From OCS155 cluster bacterium AG-333-G23 (GTDB lineage Bacteria > Actinomycetota > Acidimicrobiia > Actinomarinales > Actinomarinaceae), in the NCBI GenBank assembly GCA_003282445.1, contig QBZE01000002.1:8752-72751 (forward strand): a stretch of DNA of 64,000 nt. The letters run 5' to 3'. Numbering within the stretch: position 1 is the first letter of the stretch; each line of letters starts with the position of its first letter. The notes under the pieces were generated by a model. It searched no databases and was not told the origin of the DNA. It worked only from the letters and a program-made list of their open reading frames with translations. A program made the translations under genes and the position numbers. This document shows, in pieces, positions 10,324-21,422 of the stretch.

Positions 10324-11970
10324 CTAAGTGCTTAATTCCTTTGCTCTTAAGCGTCTATTTTCTTGTAATGCGAATCTATGAGCTTCATCTCGTATATTTT
10401 GTAAAAGAAATAAAGCTTCAGAATCTTTATTCAATAAATAAGGTTCTTTTCTATTTGGTAAAAATAATTCTTCTTCCTTTTTTGCTATAGCAACCAAATC
10501 AATATCGAGCTCAAAATGATCAATAACGCCTTTTACCGAAGACAGTTGACCTTTGCCTCCATCAACTAATATCAAATCTGGTGTTTTTTTGAAACTTTTA
10601 TCGTTCTCATTATTTTTATTTAATCTTTTTAACCTTCTAAAGAGGACTTCTTCCATTGATCTAAAATCATCTTGTCCCTCAAAGGATTTGATGTGAAATT
10701 TTCTATACATAGATGGTTTACAAATGCCATCTTCCATAACAACCATCGAGCCTACTCTATATTTATCTCCTAAATTAGATATATCATATGCTTCAATTCT
10801 GTAAGGGATATTTTTTAAACTAAGATTATTTTTTAATTGCTCAAGCGATTGTGATCTAAATTCTAAATCAGTACGCCTTCTAAAATTGACGACTCTTCTA
10901 ATTTCAATAGCATCCATAATTGCTGTGTCCAATAAATCTTTTTTCCAACCTCTTTGTGGGGTTTTTACTTTAATCTTTTTTGACCATTTTTTTGATAACT
11001 CTTTTTCAATAACTTCTGAATAAGGAAAATTATGACTAACTAATATTTCCTCTGATGGTTCGTTTTCTGAGAAAACAGACAAAATTACTTGAGGCAAATA
11101 TTCATTATAATCTGAAGTATCAATAGGTTCTAAAGTTTTTTTTACTTCGCCAATAATTCTTCCATTCCTAATTAGTAAACAAGAAATAACAACATCTAAA
11201 TTATCTATATCGACACCTAAAACATCAACTGACTTTTTATTATCTACAAGTAAAGTTTGTGTAGTTCTGGCATTCTCTAAATGATTAATTAAATTTTTAG
11301 CTTGATTTGCTTTTTCATATTCTTGTTTCTGAGAATAATTTTTCATATCTATTTTTTTTTCATTTATGTATTTATCTGACTTGCCTGTATAAAAATCTTT
11401 TAGTTTTTTAGTGAGTTTTGTATATTCAACTTTTTCAATAGCTTCAATACATGGACCTGAACATTTTTCTATATCAAATAACAAACATGGTTTATTTAGT
11501 TTTTGATGCCTATTAAATACAGTGTTGGTACAGGTCCTAACTGGAAAAATATTTATCAAATGATCAAGCGATCTTTTTGCAGAACCAACAAAGGGAAAAG
11601 GTCCAAAATTATTATTTTTGGAGTTTATTTTTCTTGATATATATGCACGCGGCCATTCTTCATTTGTAAGAGTTACATATGGGTATGATTTATCATCTTT
11701 AAACTGAACATTATATTTTGGTTTATATTCTTGTATGAATGAGTATTCTGCAAGCAAAGCATCTGCTTCGTTCTTAGCTACAACAAAGCTTACCTCATTT
11801 GCTTCAGAGATTAATCTCTTTATTTTCCATGAAGTTTGTTTTGCAAAATAAGAAGGTACTCTTTTTCTAAGATTTTTTGCCTTGCCTACATACAGAGGCT
11901 CTGCATAGTTGTCTTTAAATATATAAATTCCTGGTTCGTTAGGGATTTCTTTATTGGCTATCTTTTCCAT
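10324..11970 (-). CDS. uvrC: Excinuclease ABC subunit C (UvrC), short form without the C-terminal HhH domain
   Basis: 548 aa. GIY-YIG N-terminus ('GIYIFKD...YVGKAKNLRKRV'), a central UvrB-binding/Cys region, and an RNase H-like endonuclease domain ('LILVDGGKGQL...RDEAHRFA'). The protein ends about 8 aa after RDEAHRFA. Confidence 0.9.
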   Translation of the reverse strand: MEKIANKEIPNEPGIYIFKDNYAEPLYVGKAKNLRKRVPSYFAKQTSWKIKRLISEANEVSFVVAKNEADALLAEYSFIQEYKPKYNVQFKDDKSYPYVTLTNEEWPRAYISRKINSKNNNFGPFPFVGSAKRSLDHLINIFPVRTCTNTVFNRHQKLNKPCLLFDIEKCSGPCIEAIEKVEYTKLTKKLKDFYTGKSDKYINEKKIDMKNYSQKQEYEKANQAKNLINHLENARTTQTLLVDNKKSVDVLGVDIDNLDVVISCLLIRNGRIIGEVKKTLEPIDTSDYNEYLPQVILSVFSENEPSEEILVSHNFPYSEVIEKELSKKWSKKIKVKTPQRGWKKDLLDTAIMDAIEIRRVVNFRRRTDLEFRSQSLEQLKNNLSLKNIPYRIEAYDISNLGDKYRVGSMVVMEDGICKPSMYRKFHIKSFEGQDDFRSMEEVLFRRLKRLNKNNENDKSFKKTPDLILVDGGKGQLSSVKGVIDHFELDIDLVAIAKKEEELFLPNRKEPYLLNKDSEALFLLQNIRDEAHRFALQENRRLRAKELST

Positions 11971-14781
11971 TTATAAAACTAACTTTAAATGTTTCCCTGT
12001 TAATGAATTTTTATCTCTAACTACACTTTCTGGAGTGCCTTCCGTAATTATCTTCCCACCATTCTCGCCACCTTCTGGGCCAAGATCAATTATCCAGTCT
12101 GAATTCTTTATTACATCTAAATTGTGTTCAATTACAACTACCGTGTTTCCCTTGTCTACAAGCATATGTAATACTTCCATTAGTTTTTGAACATCTGCAA
12201 AATGCAATCCTGTGGTTGGTTCATCAAGGATGTACATAGTCTTACCTGTTGACCTTTTACTTAATTCTTTTGCTAGCTTTACCCTTTGGGCTTCACCACC
12301 TGATAATGTTGTCGCAGATTGACCTAAAGTAATATAAGATAAACCAACATCGTCAAGAGTTTTAATTATTCGATAAATTTTTGGTTGGTTTTCAAATATT
12401 TTTAGTGCATTTTCAACAGTTGAATTAAGTATCTCCGCAATACTATATCCTTTCCATTTAATGCTCAATGTCTCTGGGTTATATCTTGACCCGTTGCAAT
12501 CTTCACACATGACATATACATCAGGTAAAAAATACATCTCAACTTTTATTGTCCCATCGCCTTTACATGATTCACATCTTCCGCCGGGAACATTGAAAGA
12601 AAAGCGACCTGGTTTATATCCGCGAATTTTTGATTCTTCTGTAAGAGAATATAGATTCCTTATCATATCGAATACTCCTGAGTAAGTTGCAGGATTTGAT
12701 CTTGGTGTACGACCTATAGGTGACTGATCTATTTCTATTAGTTTATCAATATAATTTAATCCACTAATACTTTTGTGTATCCCAGGAGGATTCCAATTTT
12801 TTCTAGTAAATTCATTATGTATTGCTTTGGCTAATATTTCAGATACTAAAGTTGACTTCCCACTACCAGAAACTCCAGACACAGATATAAATTTACCAAG
12901 TGGAAATTCAGCAGTAATGTTTTTTAAGTTGTTTTCTTTTGCTCCTCTAATAACTATTTTTCCTTCATTTCCATTTCTTCTGACCTTTGGATATGGAACT
13001 TTTAATTTTCCTGATAGATACCTACCTGTAATTGACTTTTTATTTTTTGATATTACATTCCAATCACCAGCAGCAACAATATTTCCACCGTCTTCTCCAG
13101 CACCCCAACCTATATCTATTAGGTAATCAGAACTTTTCATTGTTTCTTCATCGTGCTCAACAACTAATACTGTATTCCCTAAGTTTTTCAATCTTAATAA
13201 TGTTTCTATTAATTTTTTATTGTCCGATTGATGTAGGCCGATTGATGGCTCATCTAATACGTACAACACCCCTGTCAGACCTGATCCTATTTGTGTAGCT
13301 AGCCTAATTCGTTGTGCCTCTCCTCCTGAAAGTGTGGCTGCACCTCTATTCAGCTGCAGGTAACCTAGTCCAACTTCATTTAGAAAACTCAATCTTTCTT
13401 TTATTTCTCTAATTATTGCTTCTGCTATTTCCTTTGAGTTCCCGGTAAGCTTTAAATTCTGTATCACTTCATAAGCTTTTTTTATAGATAGTTTGTTAAA
13501 TTCACCAAGCGTTAAGGCTTTTACTTTTACATTTCTTGATCTTTCATTTAATCTTTCACCATCACAATCTCCACAATCAAGTTCTCTCATAAACTGCATG
13601 TAATAATCCCTTCTTTTGTCAGAACTTGTTTCTTCATATATTTTTTTAAATAATGGTATTACACCTGGAAACTCTCTTTTCCATGACCTTTTATTCCCAA
13701 ATCTATTTGTATAATTTATCGGTGTTTTGATTCCATCAGTTCCATACAGTAAAATTTCTTGATCATTTATTGATATTTCTTCATACGGAATATCCATCGG
13801 TATCTCAAAATATTCACATACACCATGTATTTGAGCACGGAAGTATTTCCTAAAAGACATTTCTGGAAATACATTCTCTTTGATAGTTAAAGTTCTATCT
13901 TTTAAAAGTAAATTTTCGTCTATCTCATAATTAACTCCTAATCCATTACAGAAGTCACAAGCTCCAAAAGGAGAATTGAATGAAAAATCTCTTGGCTCTA
14001 GCTCTCCATATGATGTTCCACATTCTTTACAACCTAAATTTTGACTAAAGCTTTTAATTTCATCATCAATCTTTATATCTACGATTCCATCAGTGAGTTT
14101 AAGAGCTGCCTCTATTGATTGAGGTAATCTCCTTCCACCAGTTTTTTTAATTTTTACTCTATCAACAACAACAGAAATATCATGATTGAAATAACGGTCT
14201 AATCTTTTAGCTTCATCTAGCCTTGTCAACTCCCCATCAATATACGCCCTGCTGAAACCATCTTTAAGCAAATCTTTAAATAAGTTTTCAAATTCACCTT
14301 TACGAGATTTTACAACTGGTGCAAGTATTTCAATATTTATCTCACTACCTAAATTAAGAACTTGTTTTACAATAAAATCAACGGACTGTTTCTGTATTTT
14401 TGTTCCACAAATAGGACAAAAACTAATACCTATCCTTGCCCAGAGCAGTCTTAAGTAATCATGTACTTCAGTAACTGTTCCAACAGTTGACCGAGGACTT
14501 CTAGAAGAAGTTTTTTGATCTATTGCAATTGCAGGTGAAAGCCCTTCTATGCTTTCTACATTAGGTTTTTCCATTTGTCCTAAAAATTGACGCGCGTATG
14601 CAGACAAGCTTTCAACATATCTTCGCTGCCCTTCTGCATATATTGTGTCAAAAGCAAGTGAAGATTTCCCTGAACCAGATAAACCAGTAATTACTACAAA
14701 TTCATTTTTTGGGATATCAACTGATATATTTTTTAAATTATGTTCTTTTGCACCTTTAATTTTTAAATAATCTTTAGACAT
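11971..14781 (-). CDS. uvrA: Excinuclease ABC subunit A (UvrA)
   Basis: 936 aa. Two ABC ATPase modules (Walker A '[11 protein letters not shown]' and '[11 protein letters not shown]'; signature 'LSGGE' twice). Zinc-finger Cys clusters. Confidence 0.95.
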   Translation of the reverse strand: MSKDYLKIKGAKEHNLKNISVDIPKNEFVVITGLSGSGKSSLAFDTIYAEGQRRYVESLSAYARQFLGQMEKPNVESIEGLSPAIAIDQKTSSRSPRSTVGTVTEVHDYLRLLWARIGISFCPICGTKIQKQSVDFIVKQVLNLGSEINIEILAPVVKSRKGEFENLFKDLLKDGFSRAYIDGELTRLDEAKRLDRYFNHDISVVVDRVKIKKTGGRRLPQSIEAALKLTDGIVDIKIDDEIKSFSQNLGCKECGTSYGELEPRDFSFNSPFGACDFCNGLGVNYEIDENLLLKDRTLTIKENVFPEMSFRKYFRAQIHGVCEYFEIPMDIPYEEISINDQEILLYGTDGIKTPINYTNRFGNKRSWKREFPGVIPLFKKIYEETSSDKRRDYYMQFMRELDCGDCDGERLNERSRNVKVKALTLGEFNKLSIKKAYEVIQNLKLTGNSKEIAEAIIREIKERLSFLNEVGLGYLQLNRGAATLSGGEAQRIRLATQIGSGLTGVLYVLDEPSIGLHQSDNKKLIETLLRLKNLGNTVLVVEHDEETMKSSDYLIDIGWGAGEDGGNIVAAGDWNVISKNKKSITGRYLSGKLKVPYPKVRRNGNEGKIVIRGAKENNLKNITAEFPLGKFISVSGVSGSGKSTLVSEILAKAIHNEFTRKNWNPPGIHKSISGLNYIDKLIEIDQSPIGRTPRSNPATYSGVFDMIRNLYSLTEESKIRGYKPGRFSFNVPGGRCESCKGDGTIKVEMYFLPDVYVMCEDCNGSRYNPETLSIKWKGYSIAEILNSTVENALKIFENQPKIYRIIKTLDDVGLSYITLGQSATTLSGGEAQRVKLAKELSKRSTGKTMYILDEPTTGLHFADVQKLMEVLHMLVDKGNTVVVIEHNLDVIKNSDWIIDLGPEGGENGGKIITEGTPESVVRDKNSLTGKHLKLVL

Positions 14782-16778
14782 TAATTTGGTAACTCCATTA
14801 TTTCTTTTTTTATTTCTTTTAGTTCATCTCTTAATCTAGCTGCTACTTCAAACTCTAGTAAATCAGCTGCTACATGCATTTCCTTCTCTATTTCTTTAGA
14901 TATCTTATATAAATCATCTTTAGAGGCATCTTTTAAATTAGTATTTAATCGTGAGCTAATATTTTCTTTAGATGGTCTATTTCTTTCAACTATTTCTAAC
15001 AAATCTGTAATTTCTTTTTTTATAGTTTCTGGATTAATTCCATATTTTTCATTATGTAATTCTTGAATTTCTCTTCTTCTGTTAGTTTCATATACTGCTT
15101 TAGTTATTGAATCTGTCATTTTGTCGGCATACATTATGACATATCCGTTTTTGTTTCTAGCAGCTCTTCCGATAGTTTGAATTAAACTTGTTTCAGATCT
15201 CAAAAATCCTTCTTTATCTGCGTCCATTATTGCTACAAGTTGTACTTCTGGAAGATCCAACCCTTCTCTAAGTAAATTAATTCCAACTAAGACATCAAAT
15301 TCTCCTTTTCTTAAATCTCTTAAAATTTCTATTCTTTCTAAAGTGTCAATGTCAGAATGTAAATATCTCGTTTTAACCCCAGTTTTTAATAAATAATCAC
15401 TTAAAGATTCGCTCATTTTTTTAGTTAATGTAGTTACTAAAACACGGTTGCCATTTTTTACTACAGAGTTAATCTCATCTAATAAATCTTCAATTTGGTT
15501 ATTAGTAGGTTTTATAACTACAGATGGATCTAATAATCCAGTAGGTCTAATTATTTGTTCTACAAATTCTTTTGAGTTTTCGTTTTCCCATTTACCAGGT
15601 GTTGCTGAAACTAATATAGTTTTAGAAACTTTGTTTTCCCATTCTTCAAACTTTAGTGGCCTATTATCTAAAGCTGCTGGCAGTCTGAATCCATAATCAA
15701 CTAAAGTAGTCTTTCTTGATTTATCTCCTTCATATTGTCCTCTAATTTGAGGAATAGCAATATGGCTTTCATCAACAACCATTAGAAACTCTTCAGGGAA
15801 AAAATCTATTAGCGTATGTGGTGCTTCACCAGGTTTTCTTCCATCAAAATATCTTGAATAATTCTCAATTCCTGAACAAACACCAAGCTCTCTGAGCATT
15901 TCAAGATCAAACATTGTTCTTTGTTTAATCCTTTGAGCCTCAAGAAGTTTATTATTCTTTTCAAATTCTTTTATTTGATTATTCATATCTAATTCTATTT
16001 TTTCAAGAGCATGTTTTATTGTGTCATCAGAAGACACGTAATGTGAAGCTGGTAATATTGCTAACTCATTTAACTTTTCAAGTATTTCACCTGTAACTGG
16101 ATCTATTCTTAATATGCTCTCGACTTCATCACCAAAAAATTCTATGCGATATATTGTCTCTTCGTAAACTGGAAAAATATCTAATGTATCTCCCTTTAAT
16201 CTAAAAGAACCTCTTGATACCACTAAATCATTTCTAATGTATTGTTGTTTAATTAATTTTGTAAGTAATGTATCTAAATCAAATTCTTTATTTTTAATTA
16301 TTGGGATGATTTTATTTCTATATTCTTGAGGAGAGCCTAAACCATAAATACAAGAGACTGATGATACAACAATCACATCATCTCTCATTAATAATGCGCT
16401 TGTTGCTGAATGCCTCAACCTATCTATCTCTTCATTTATATTTGCATCTTTTTCTATAAAAGTATCGCTTCTAGGTACATAAGCTTCTGGTTGATAATAG
16501 TCATAATAAGATACAAAATATTCAACCCTATTCTTAGGAAAAAATTGTTTAAATTCATTCGCTAGTTGAGCAGCTAGAGCTTTATTGGGAGCTAAAACAA
16601 GAGACGGAAGTTGTAGCTCTTCAATCAGCCAAGCAATGGTTGCTGATTTACCAGAACCAGTTATACCCATAAGAGTTTGAAAATCAAAACCTTTATTAAG
16701 ACCTTCCTTTAATTTTTCTATTGCCTTTGGTTGGTCTCCTTCAGGTTTGAAATCAGAAACAACTTCAAATCTACTCAT
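14781..16778 (-). CDS. uvrB: Excinuclease ABC subunit B (UvrB)
   Basis: 665 aa. 'GITGSGKS' Walker A, helicase motifs, and a C-terminal UVR domain ('AAxLxFExAARLRDE'). Confidence 0.95.
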   Translation of the reverse strand: MSRFEVVSDFKPEGDQPKAIEKLKEGLNKGFDFQTLMGITGSGKSATIAWLIEELQLPSLVLAPNKALAAQLANEFKQFFPKNRVEYFVSYYDYYQPEAYVPRSDTFIEKDANINEEIDRLRHSATSALLMRDDVIVVSSVSCIYGLGSPQEYRNKIIPIIKNKEFDLDTLLTKLIKQQYIRNDLVVSRGSFRLKGDTLDIFPVYEETIYRIEFFGDEVESILRIDPVTGEILEKLNELAILPASHYVSSDDTIKHALEKIELDMNNQIKEFEKNNKLLEAQRIKQRTMFDLEMLRELGVCSGIENYSRYFDGRKPGEAPHTLIDFFPEEFLMVVDESHIAIPQIRGQYEGDKSRKTTLVDYGFRLPAALDNRPLKFEEWENKVSKTILVSATPGKWENENSKEFVEQIIRPTGLLDPSVVIKPTNNQIEDLLDEINSVVKNGNRVLVTTLTKKMSESLSDYLLKTGVKTRYLHSDIDTLERIEILRDLRKGEFDVLVGINLLREGLDLPEVQLVAIMDADKEGFLRSETSLIQTIGRAARNKNGYVIMYADKMTDSITKAVYETNRRREIQELHNEKYGINPETIKKEITDLLEIVERNRPSKENISSRLNTNLKDASKDDLYKISKEIEKEMHVAADLLEFEVAARLRDELKEIKKEIMELPN

Positions 16779-17334
16779 TAATAAATCCGTTTATATAATT
16801 TTTAATATCTATTTCAAGTTGATCTAAATCATTGTTAATTATTAGGGCTCCAATAGAATGCCACCATTCATCAGTTGGTTGAGATTTAATTCTATTTTTT
16901 ATATCATTAATTTCCATACCTCTATCTATTAGTCTTTTAATTCTTTCCTCTTTAGATGCCCAAATTACAACAGTATGAAAATCTTTATGTAAATTTTTAG
17001 GAGCAGATACCTCAATGAATGTTATATCATCATTTTTTTGGATAATGTCGTTTAACTTAATTAATACTTTTGGATGTAAAAAATTTTCTAATATTTCCAA
17101 TTTACTCTTGTCTCTAAATACTATATCTGCAATATTCTCTCTTGAAACATCACCATTTATTAACGAAGATGGAAAATTGTTAGAAAGAAAATCTTTTGAT
17201 TCCTCACTTAATAATATATCTCCAGATACAACGTCTAAATCAACAGTGTTATATCCTAATCTATTAATTATTGATAAGACTTTAGATTTGCCACTACCAA
17301 TAGGTCCAGTAATTACTATTACTTTTTTATCCAT
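16771..17334 (-). CDS. coaE: Dephospho-CoA kinase
   Basis: 187 aa. N-terminal P-loop 'ITGPIGSGKS'. Overlaps uvrB start by 8 nt. Confidence 0.85.
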   Translation of the reverse strand: MDKKVIVITGPIGSGKSKVLSIINRLGYNTVDLDVVSGDILLSEESKDFLSNNFPSSLINGDVSRENIADIVFRDKSKLEILENFLHPKVLIKLNDIIQKNDDITFIEVSAPKNLHKDFHTVVIWASKEERIKRLIDRGMEINDIKNRIKSQPTDEWWHSIGALIINNDLDQLEIDIKNYINGFINE

Positions 17335-17367
17335 AGATATAAGAATAAGTAGTTATTAAATTTAAAT

Positions 17368-18657
17368 CTAATCCGTATTGCCTATCCCACGATCTTTAAG
17401 CTCTTGGAGGATATTATCTAATGATTCGTCTACACCTTCTACTTTTTGACGTGTAGATTTTTCATCATCTGAATCTGACTTTTTATCTGATTGAGAGGAA
17501 TGCGTTTTAGGTTCATTTTTTTCTTCTTCAACTTCTTTCCATTCTGGATCTGCTTGTTTTATAGAAAGATTGACACGCCTTTTTGGAATATCTAATTCAA
17601 TAATTTTAACTTTTACTTTTTGACCAATTGCTAATGCCAATTCAGGTGAATCTACCTTATCAATGGAAATTTCAGATATATGAACGAGACCTTCTACACC
17701 TTTTCCAATAGTTACAAAGGAACCAAATGGAACAACTTTTGTTACTTCACCATCTACAATGTCCCCATCATTAAAACTTAATTCAAAATCTAACCAAGGG
17801 TCTTCAGTAACTTGTTTTATTGAGAGTGATATCCTTTCTTTGTCATTATCAATTTCTAAAACTTTAACTGTTGCTTTATCTCCAACTTTTACTATCTCAT
17901 TAGGATTCTCTACATGCCTCCAAGAAAGTTCGGAGACATGAACGAGGCCATCCATTCCACCAATGTCTACAAAAGCTCCAAAATTTACAATTGATGAAAC
18001 TTTGCCTTCTTTTATGTCTCCAACTTCTAAGTCTTCAAGAAATCCTTGTCGTTCTTCAGACTGTTCTTCTTCTAGATGTGCTTTTCTTGAAAGTACAATA
18101 TTATTTCTTTGTCTGTCAAGTTCAAGAATTTTTGCTTCTATCTCTTCACCAATATAAGAAGTTAATTCTTTTACTCGCCTTACATCAATTAGTGAGGCTG
18201 GTAAAAATCCTCTAACACCTATGTCTACTATCAAGCCACCCTTTACTGACTCAATTACTGTTCCCTTAATTGAAGTCTTTTCATCAGCAACTTTTTGAAT
18301 ATCTCCCCATGCTTTTTCATATAAAGCTCTCTTAACAGACAATAATAATCTGCCTTCATCATCTTCCTTATCCAAAACTAAGGCTTTAATTTTTTCACCT
18401 TCTTTAACAATTTCGTTAGGATTTATAGATTTCCTTACTGTTAATTCTCTTGAAGGAATAACTCCTTCAGACTTATATCCAACATCTACGAATATTTCGT
18501 TTCTATCAATTCTTACTACGGTGCCTTCAATGACATCTCCAGTATTAAAAGTAACGATAGTTTTTTCTAAAAGATCTGGAAAATCTTCAGGCTTAGCATC
18601 ATCTGGAATCTCAACGACATTTGAAGAATTAGACTTCTCATCTAAATTATCTGTCAT
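17368..18657 (-). CDS. rpsA: 30S ribosomal protein S1 (four S1 domains)
   Basis: 429 aa. Repeated S1 OB-fold modules ('GxVxxxxxFGAFVDIGGxDGLVHxSE') and a charged C-terminal tail. Conserved actinobacterial rpsA-coaE-uvrB neighbourhood. Confidence 0.9.
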   Translation of the reverse strand: MTDNLDEKSNSSNVVEIPDDAKPEDFPDLLEKTIVTFNTGDVIEGTVVRIDRNEIFVDVGYKSEGVIPSRELTVRKSINPNEIVKEGEKIKALVLDKEDDEGRLLLSVKRALYEKAWGDIQKVADEKTSIKGTVIESVKGGLIVDIGVRGFLPASLIDVRRVKELTSYIGEEIEAKILELDRQRNNIVLSRKAHLEEEQSEERQGFLEDLEVGDIKEGKVSSIVNFGAFVDIGGMDGLVHVSELSWRHVENPNEIVKVGDKATVKVLEIDNDKERISLSIKQVTEDPWLDFELSFNDGDIVDGEVTKVVPFGSFVTIGKGVEGLVHISEISIDKVDSPELALAIGQKVKVKIIELDIPKRRVNLSIKQADPEWKEVEEEKNEPKTHSSQSDKKSDSDDEKSTRQKVEGVDESLDNILQELKDRGIGNTD

Positions 18658-18723
18658 AATATGTAATTTTTTCCAATCATAGTATTGCGACTTTTAGAAT
18701 AACATATCTAGGATATTTACAAA

Positions 18724-21225
18724 CTAATTATTAAAATTAGCTAAATTTTTATTTTGTTTTATATCAACATATAAAGGAACGTCTAAAACAGTGGCATTTT
18801 CCATTTCTTTTTGTACTAATTTAGCAGTTTTACTTACAATGTCATCAGGGGTTTGAATAATTATCTCATCATGAATTTGTAAAATTATGTCAGTAGAGTT
18901 TAGTTTTTTAATTTTATCTTCTAATTTAATCATAGAAATTTTCATGATATCTGAGGCTGTCCCTTGAATAGGGGCATTCATTGCAATTCTTTTTCCCATA
19001 GCTTTTAATTGAAAATTAGAAGAAGCTAACTCTCTAATGAATCTTTTTCTTCCATATAATGTTTCAGTAAAAGTAGAGCTTTCTGCATTTTTTACAATAG
19101 AATCTAAATAGCCTTTAATTCTTGGAAATTGATTAAAATATGAATCAATTAATTCAGTAGCCTCTTTTTTAGGTATATCTAAACTTTTAGATAAACCAAA
19201 AGACTCCATTCCGTAAATTAAACCAAAATTTACTTCTTTAGCTTTTCTCCTCATATCTTTTGAAACAGAATCTATATCCACATTAAATATTCGAGCAGCA
19301 GTTTCAGAGTGTATATCTGCATCTCTATTTTTTAACATGCTGATCATATTTTTATCTTTGCTTAAGTGAGCAAGTACTCTTAATTCTATTTGTGAGTAAT
19401 CAGCAATAACAAATGAGTGATTAGTGTCAGCTATAAAAAACTCTCTAATTTTTTGACCTATTGGTGTTTTATTAGGAATATTTTGTAAATTTGGTTTTTC
19501 AGATGAAAGCCTTCCTGTCGTTGTTCCAAAAAGGTTGTAAGAAGTATGAATTCTATTTTTTACAATTTCATTTTTTAATCCTTCTATATAAGTTGATCTA
19601 AGTTTTTCGTACTCTCTATATTTAAGAATAAATTTTGGAAGTTCGTGAGATTTAGATAATTCTTCTAAAACTGACGCATCTGTTGAAGGTGCTCCTTTAG
19701 GGGTCTTTTTAATTATTGGGTATTCCATATCAACATATAAGATTTCAGATAATTGTTTAGGTGAGTTTAAATTGAAATCCTTATTAGTAATCTTTTTAAT
19801 TTCTTTATCGAGTAAATCTAACTCATTATTAATTTCTTTAGATAATTTCTCTATTTTAGTTTTAGATACCTTTACTCCTTTTTTACTCATTGAATCTAAT
19901 ATGGATAAAAGAGGAAAATCTAAATCTTCATAAAGTTTATAAAGTTTTTTTTCATTTTTAAATGTTTGTACTTCTTTAGATATAAATAAAAAATGTTTTT
20001 GGAAAAATATAAGATAATCAAATACTTCAGATTTATTAGTTAAGCCTGCAGTCCTATCCAGATGTTTTGAGATACTTAATAAATTATCAGGCCTAATGCT
20101 TGGATCTCTCAAGAAAAGAACACAATCATATGCATCAAATTTTAAATTTTTAATTCCTTCCTCGTTTTTGTTAATAAGTTTTTGTGTATTCAAAGATATA
20201 AAGTAATCCAAATTTGATAATTTACCTATGTATTTTCCGTAGTTATTTGAATTTATAAAATATAATTGATCTTCATAGTTAATCATCAACTGTGAGCCTG
20301 TTAAATTTTCAGTTATTATTAAATCGTCATTTTGATCATTTTCATCATTTTCTTTTTCTCGAGAGTTTGATGATTTAATATATTTATTTAATTCAAGTTT
20401 CTTAACTTTATCTTGAGAAGCTTCTAAAACTTCATCCGAATAATATGCTGTGTCTTTTAATTGTACTTTCGGTAATTCTATTTTTAAGTCTGTTCTAATA
20501 GTTGCTAAATCTTTGCTCATTTTTAACATTTCTTTATTTTCTTGAAATGAATTTTTTATTTTTGGTGTTAAATCATTTAAATTTTTATAGATTCCCTCTA
20601 TTGTTTTATATTTTTTTAATAATGATGTTGCAGTTTTTTCTCCGACCCCAACTAATCCAGGTATGTTGTCTGATGGATCTCCTTTTAGTGCTAAGTATTC
20701 AATATATTGACCTGTTTTAAATCCATATTTATTAAGAAAAAACTTTTCATCTACTATGTCTATTTCCGATATTCCTCTTTTTGTATAAAGTATCTTTGTA
20801 TTTTTCGATATTAACTGGAAAGTGTCTCTATCTCCTGTAACGATCATTACTTCTTGACCTTTATCATTATATTTTTTTGCTAAAGACCCAAGTACGTCAT
20901 CAGCTTCGTACCCTACTTCCGAGACCTGAGGGATATTAAATGAATCTAATAAATCGTGTAAAAGAGGTATCTGTACCTTAAAATTATCAGGTGCTGGAGA
21001 TCTATTTGATTTATATTCTTTATATATATCATTTCTAAAAGTTTTTCCAGGTAAATCCCATGTAACAATCATTTGTTTTGATTTGTATTCATTTATTACT
21101 TTGTTAATCATTGAGAGAAATCCATGAATAAGATTGGTAGGAGTTCCGTCAGATGTCATTAAACTCTCTGGCAAAGCATAAAAAGCTCTAAAAGCAACAC
21201 TAAATCCATCAATAAGAATAATCAT
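18724..21225 (-). CDS. polA: DNA polymerase I (5'-3' nuclease plus family A polymerase; probably no functional 3'-5' exonuclease)
   Basis: 833 aa. N-terminal FEN/5' nuclease domain, acidic low-complexity linker ('ENDENDQNDD'), Pol A motifs 'DYSQIELR' (motif A) and 'QIHDE' (motif C) and 'RRxAKxxNFGxxYG' (motif B). The gap between nuclease and polymerase domains is too short for a complete exonuclease domain. Confidence 0.9.
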   Translation of the reverse strand: MIILIDGFSVAFRAFYALPESLMTSDGTPTNLIHGFLSMINKVINEYKSKQMIVTWDLPGKTFRNDIYKEYKSNRSPAPDNFKVQIPLLHDLLDSFNIPQVSEVGYEADDVLGSLAKKYNDKGQEVMIVTGDRDTFQLISKNTKILYTKRGISEIDIVDEKFFLNKYGFKTGQYIEYLALKGDPSDNIPGLVGVGEKTATSLLKKYKTIEGIYKNLNDLTPKIKNSFQENKEMLKMSKDLATIRTDLKIELPKVQLKDTAYYSDEVLEASQDKVKKLELNKYIKSSNSREKENDENDQNDDLIITENLTGSQLMINYEDQLYFINSNNYGKYIGKLSNLDYFISLNTQKLINKNEEGIKNLKFDAYDCVLFLRDPSIRPDNLLSISKHLDRTAGLTNKSEVFDYLIFFQKHFLFISKEVQTFKNEKKLYKLYEDLDFPLLSILDSMSKKGVKVSKTKIEKLSKEINNELDLLDKEIKKITNKDFNLNSPKQLSEILYVDMEYPIIKKTPKGAPSTDASVLEELSKSHELPKFILKYREYEKLRSTYIEGLKNEIVKNRIHTSYNLFGTTTGRLSSEKPNLQNIPNKTPIGQKIREFFIADTNHSFVIADYSQIELRVLAHLSKDKNMISMLKNRDADIHSETAARIFNVDIDSVSKDMRRKAKEVNFGLIYGMESFGLSKSLDIPKKEATELIDSYFNQFPRIKGYLDSIVKNAESSTFTETLYGRKRFIRELASSNFQLKAMGKRIAMNAPIQGTASDIMKISMIKLEDKIKKLNSTDIILQIHDEIIIQTPDDIVSKTAKLVQKEMENATVLDVPLYVDIKQNKNLANFNN

Positions 21226-21293
21226 TAAACCATTGTAAACTTAAAAAATAAATTCTCTCATTTTTGGATATATCAAATATAATCTTTAAGTAA

Positions 21294-21375
21294 GCCCGGA
21301 TGGCGGAATTGGCAGACGCGCTGGATTCAAAATCCAGTATCTTCGGATGTGGGGGTTCGACTCCCCCTCCGGGTA
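21294..21375 (+). tRNA. tRNA-Leu (anticodon CAA)
   Basis: GCCCGGATGGCGGAATTGGCAGACGCGCTGGATTCAAAATCCAGTATCTTCGGATGTGGGGGTTCGACTCCCCCTCCGGGTA: class II cloverleaf, anticodon loop with CAA, T-arm GGTTCGACTCC. Followed by a T-run. No encoded CCA. Confidence 0.85.
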
Positions 21376-21422
21376 CTTTTTTTTGATTAGGTTTAAATAC
21401 TGATTAAGTTAATAATGAAGTA

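Noticed and set aside
17015-17359. 114-aa plus-strand ORF
   Set aside because: It is antisense within coaE and extends into the coaE/rpsA spacer. coaE has a clear P-loop.
20300-20400. Acidic low-complexity (ENDENDQNDD) stretch in polA
   Set aside because: It is an in-frame inter-domain linker, not a repeat element or insertion.
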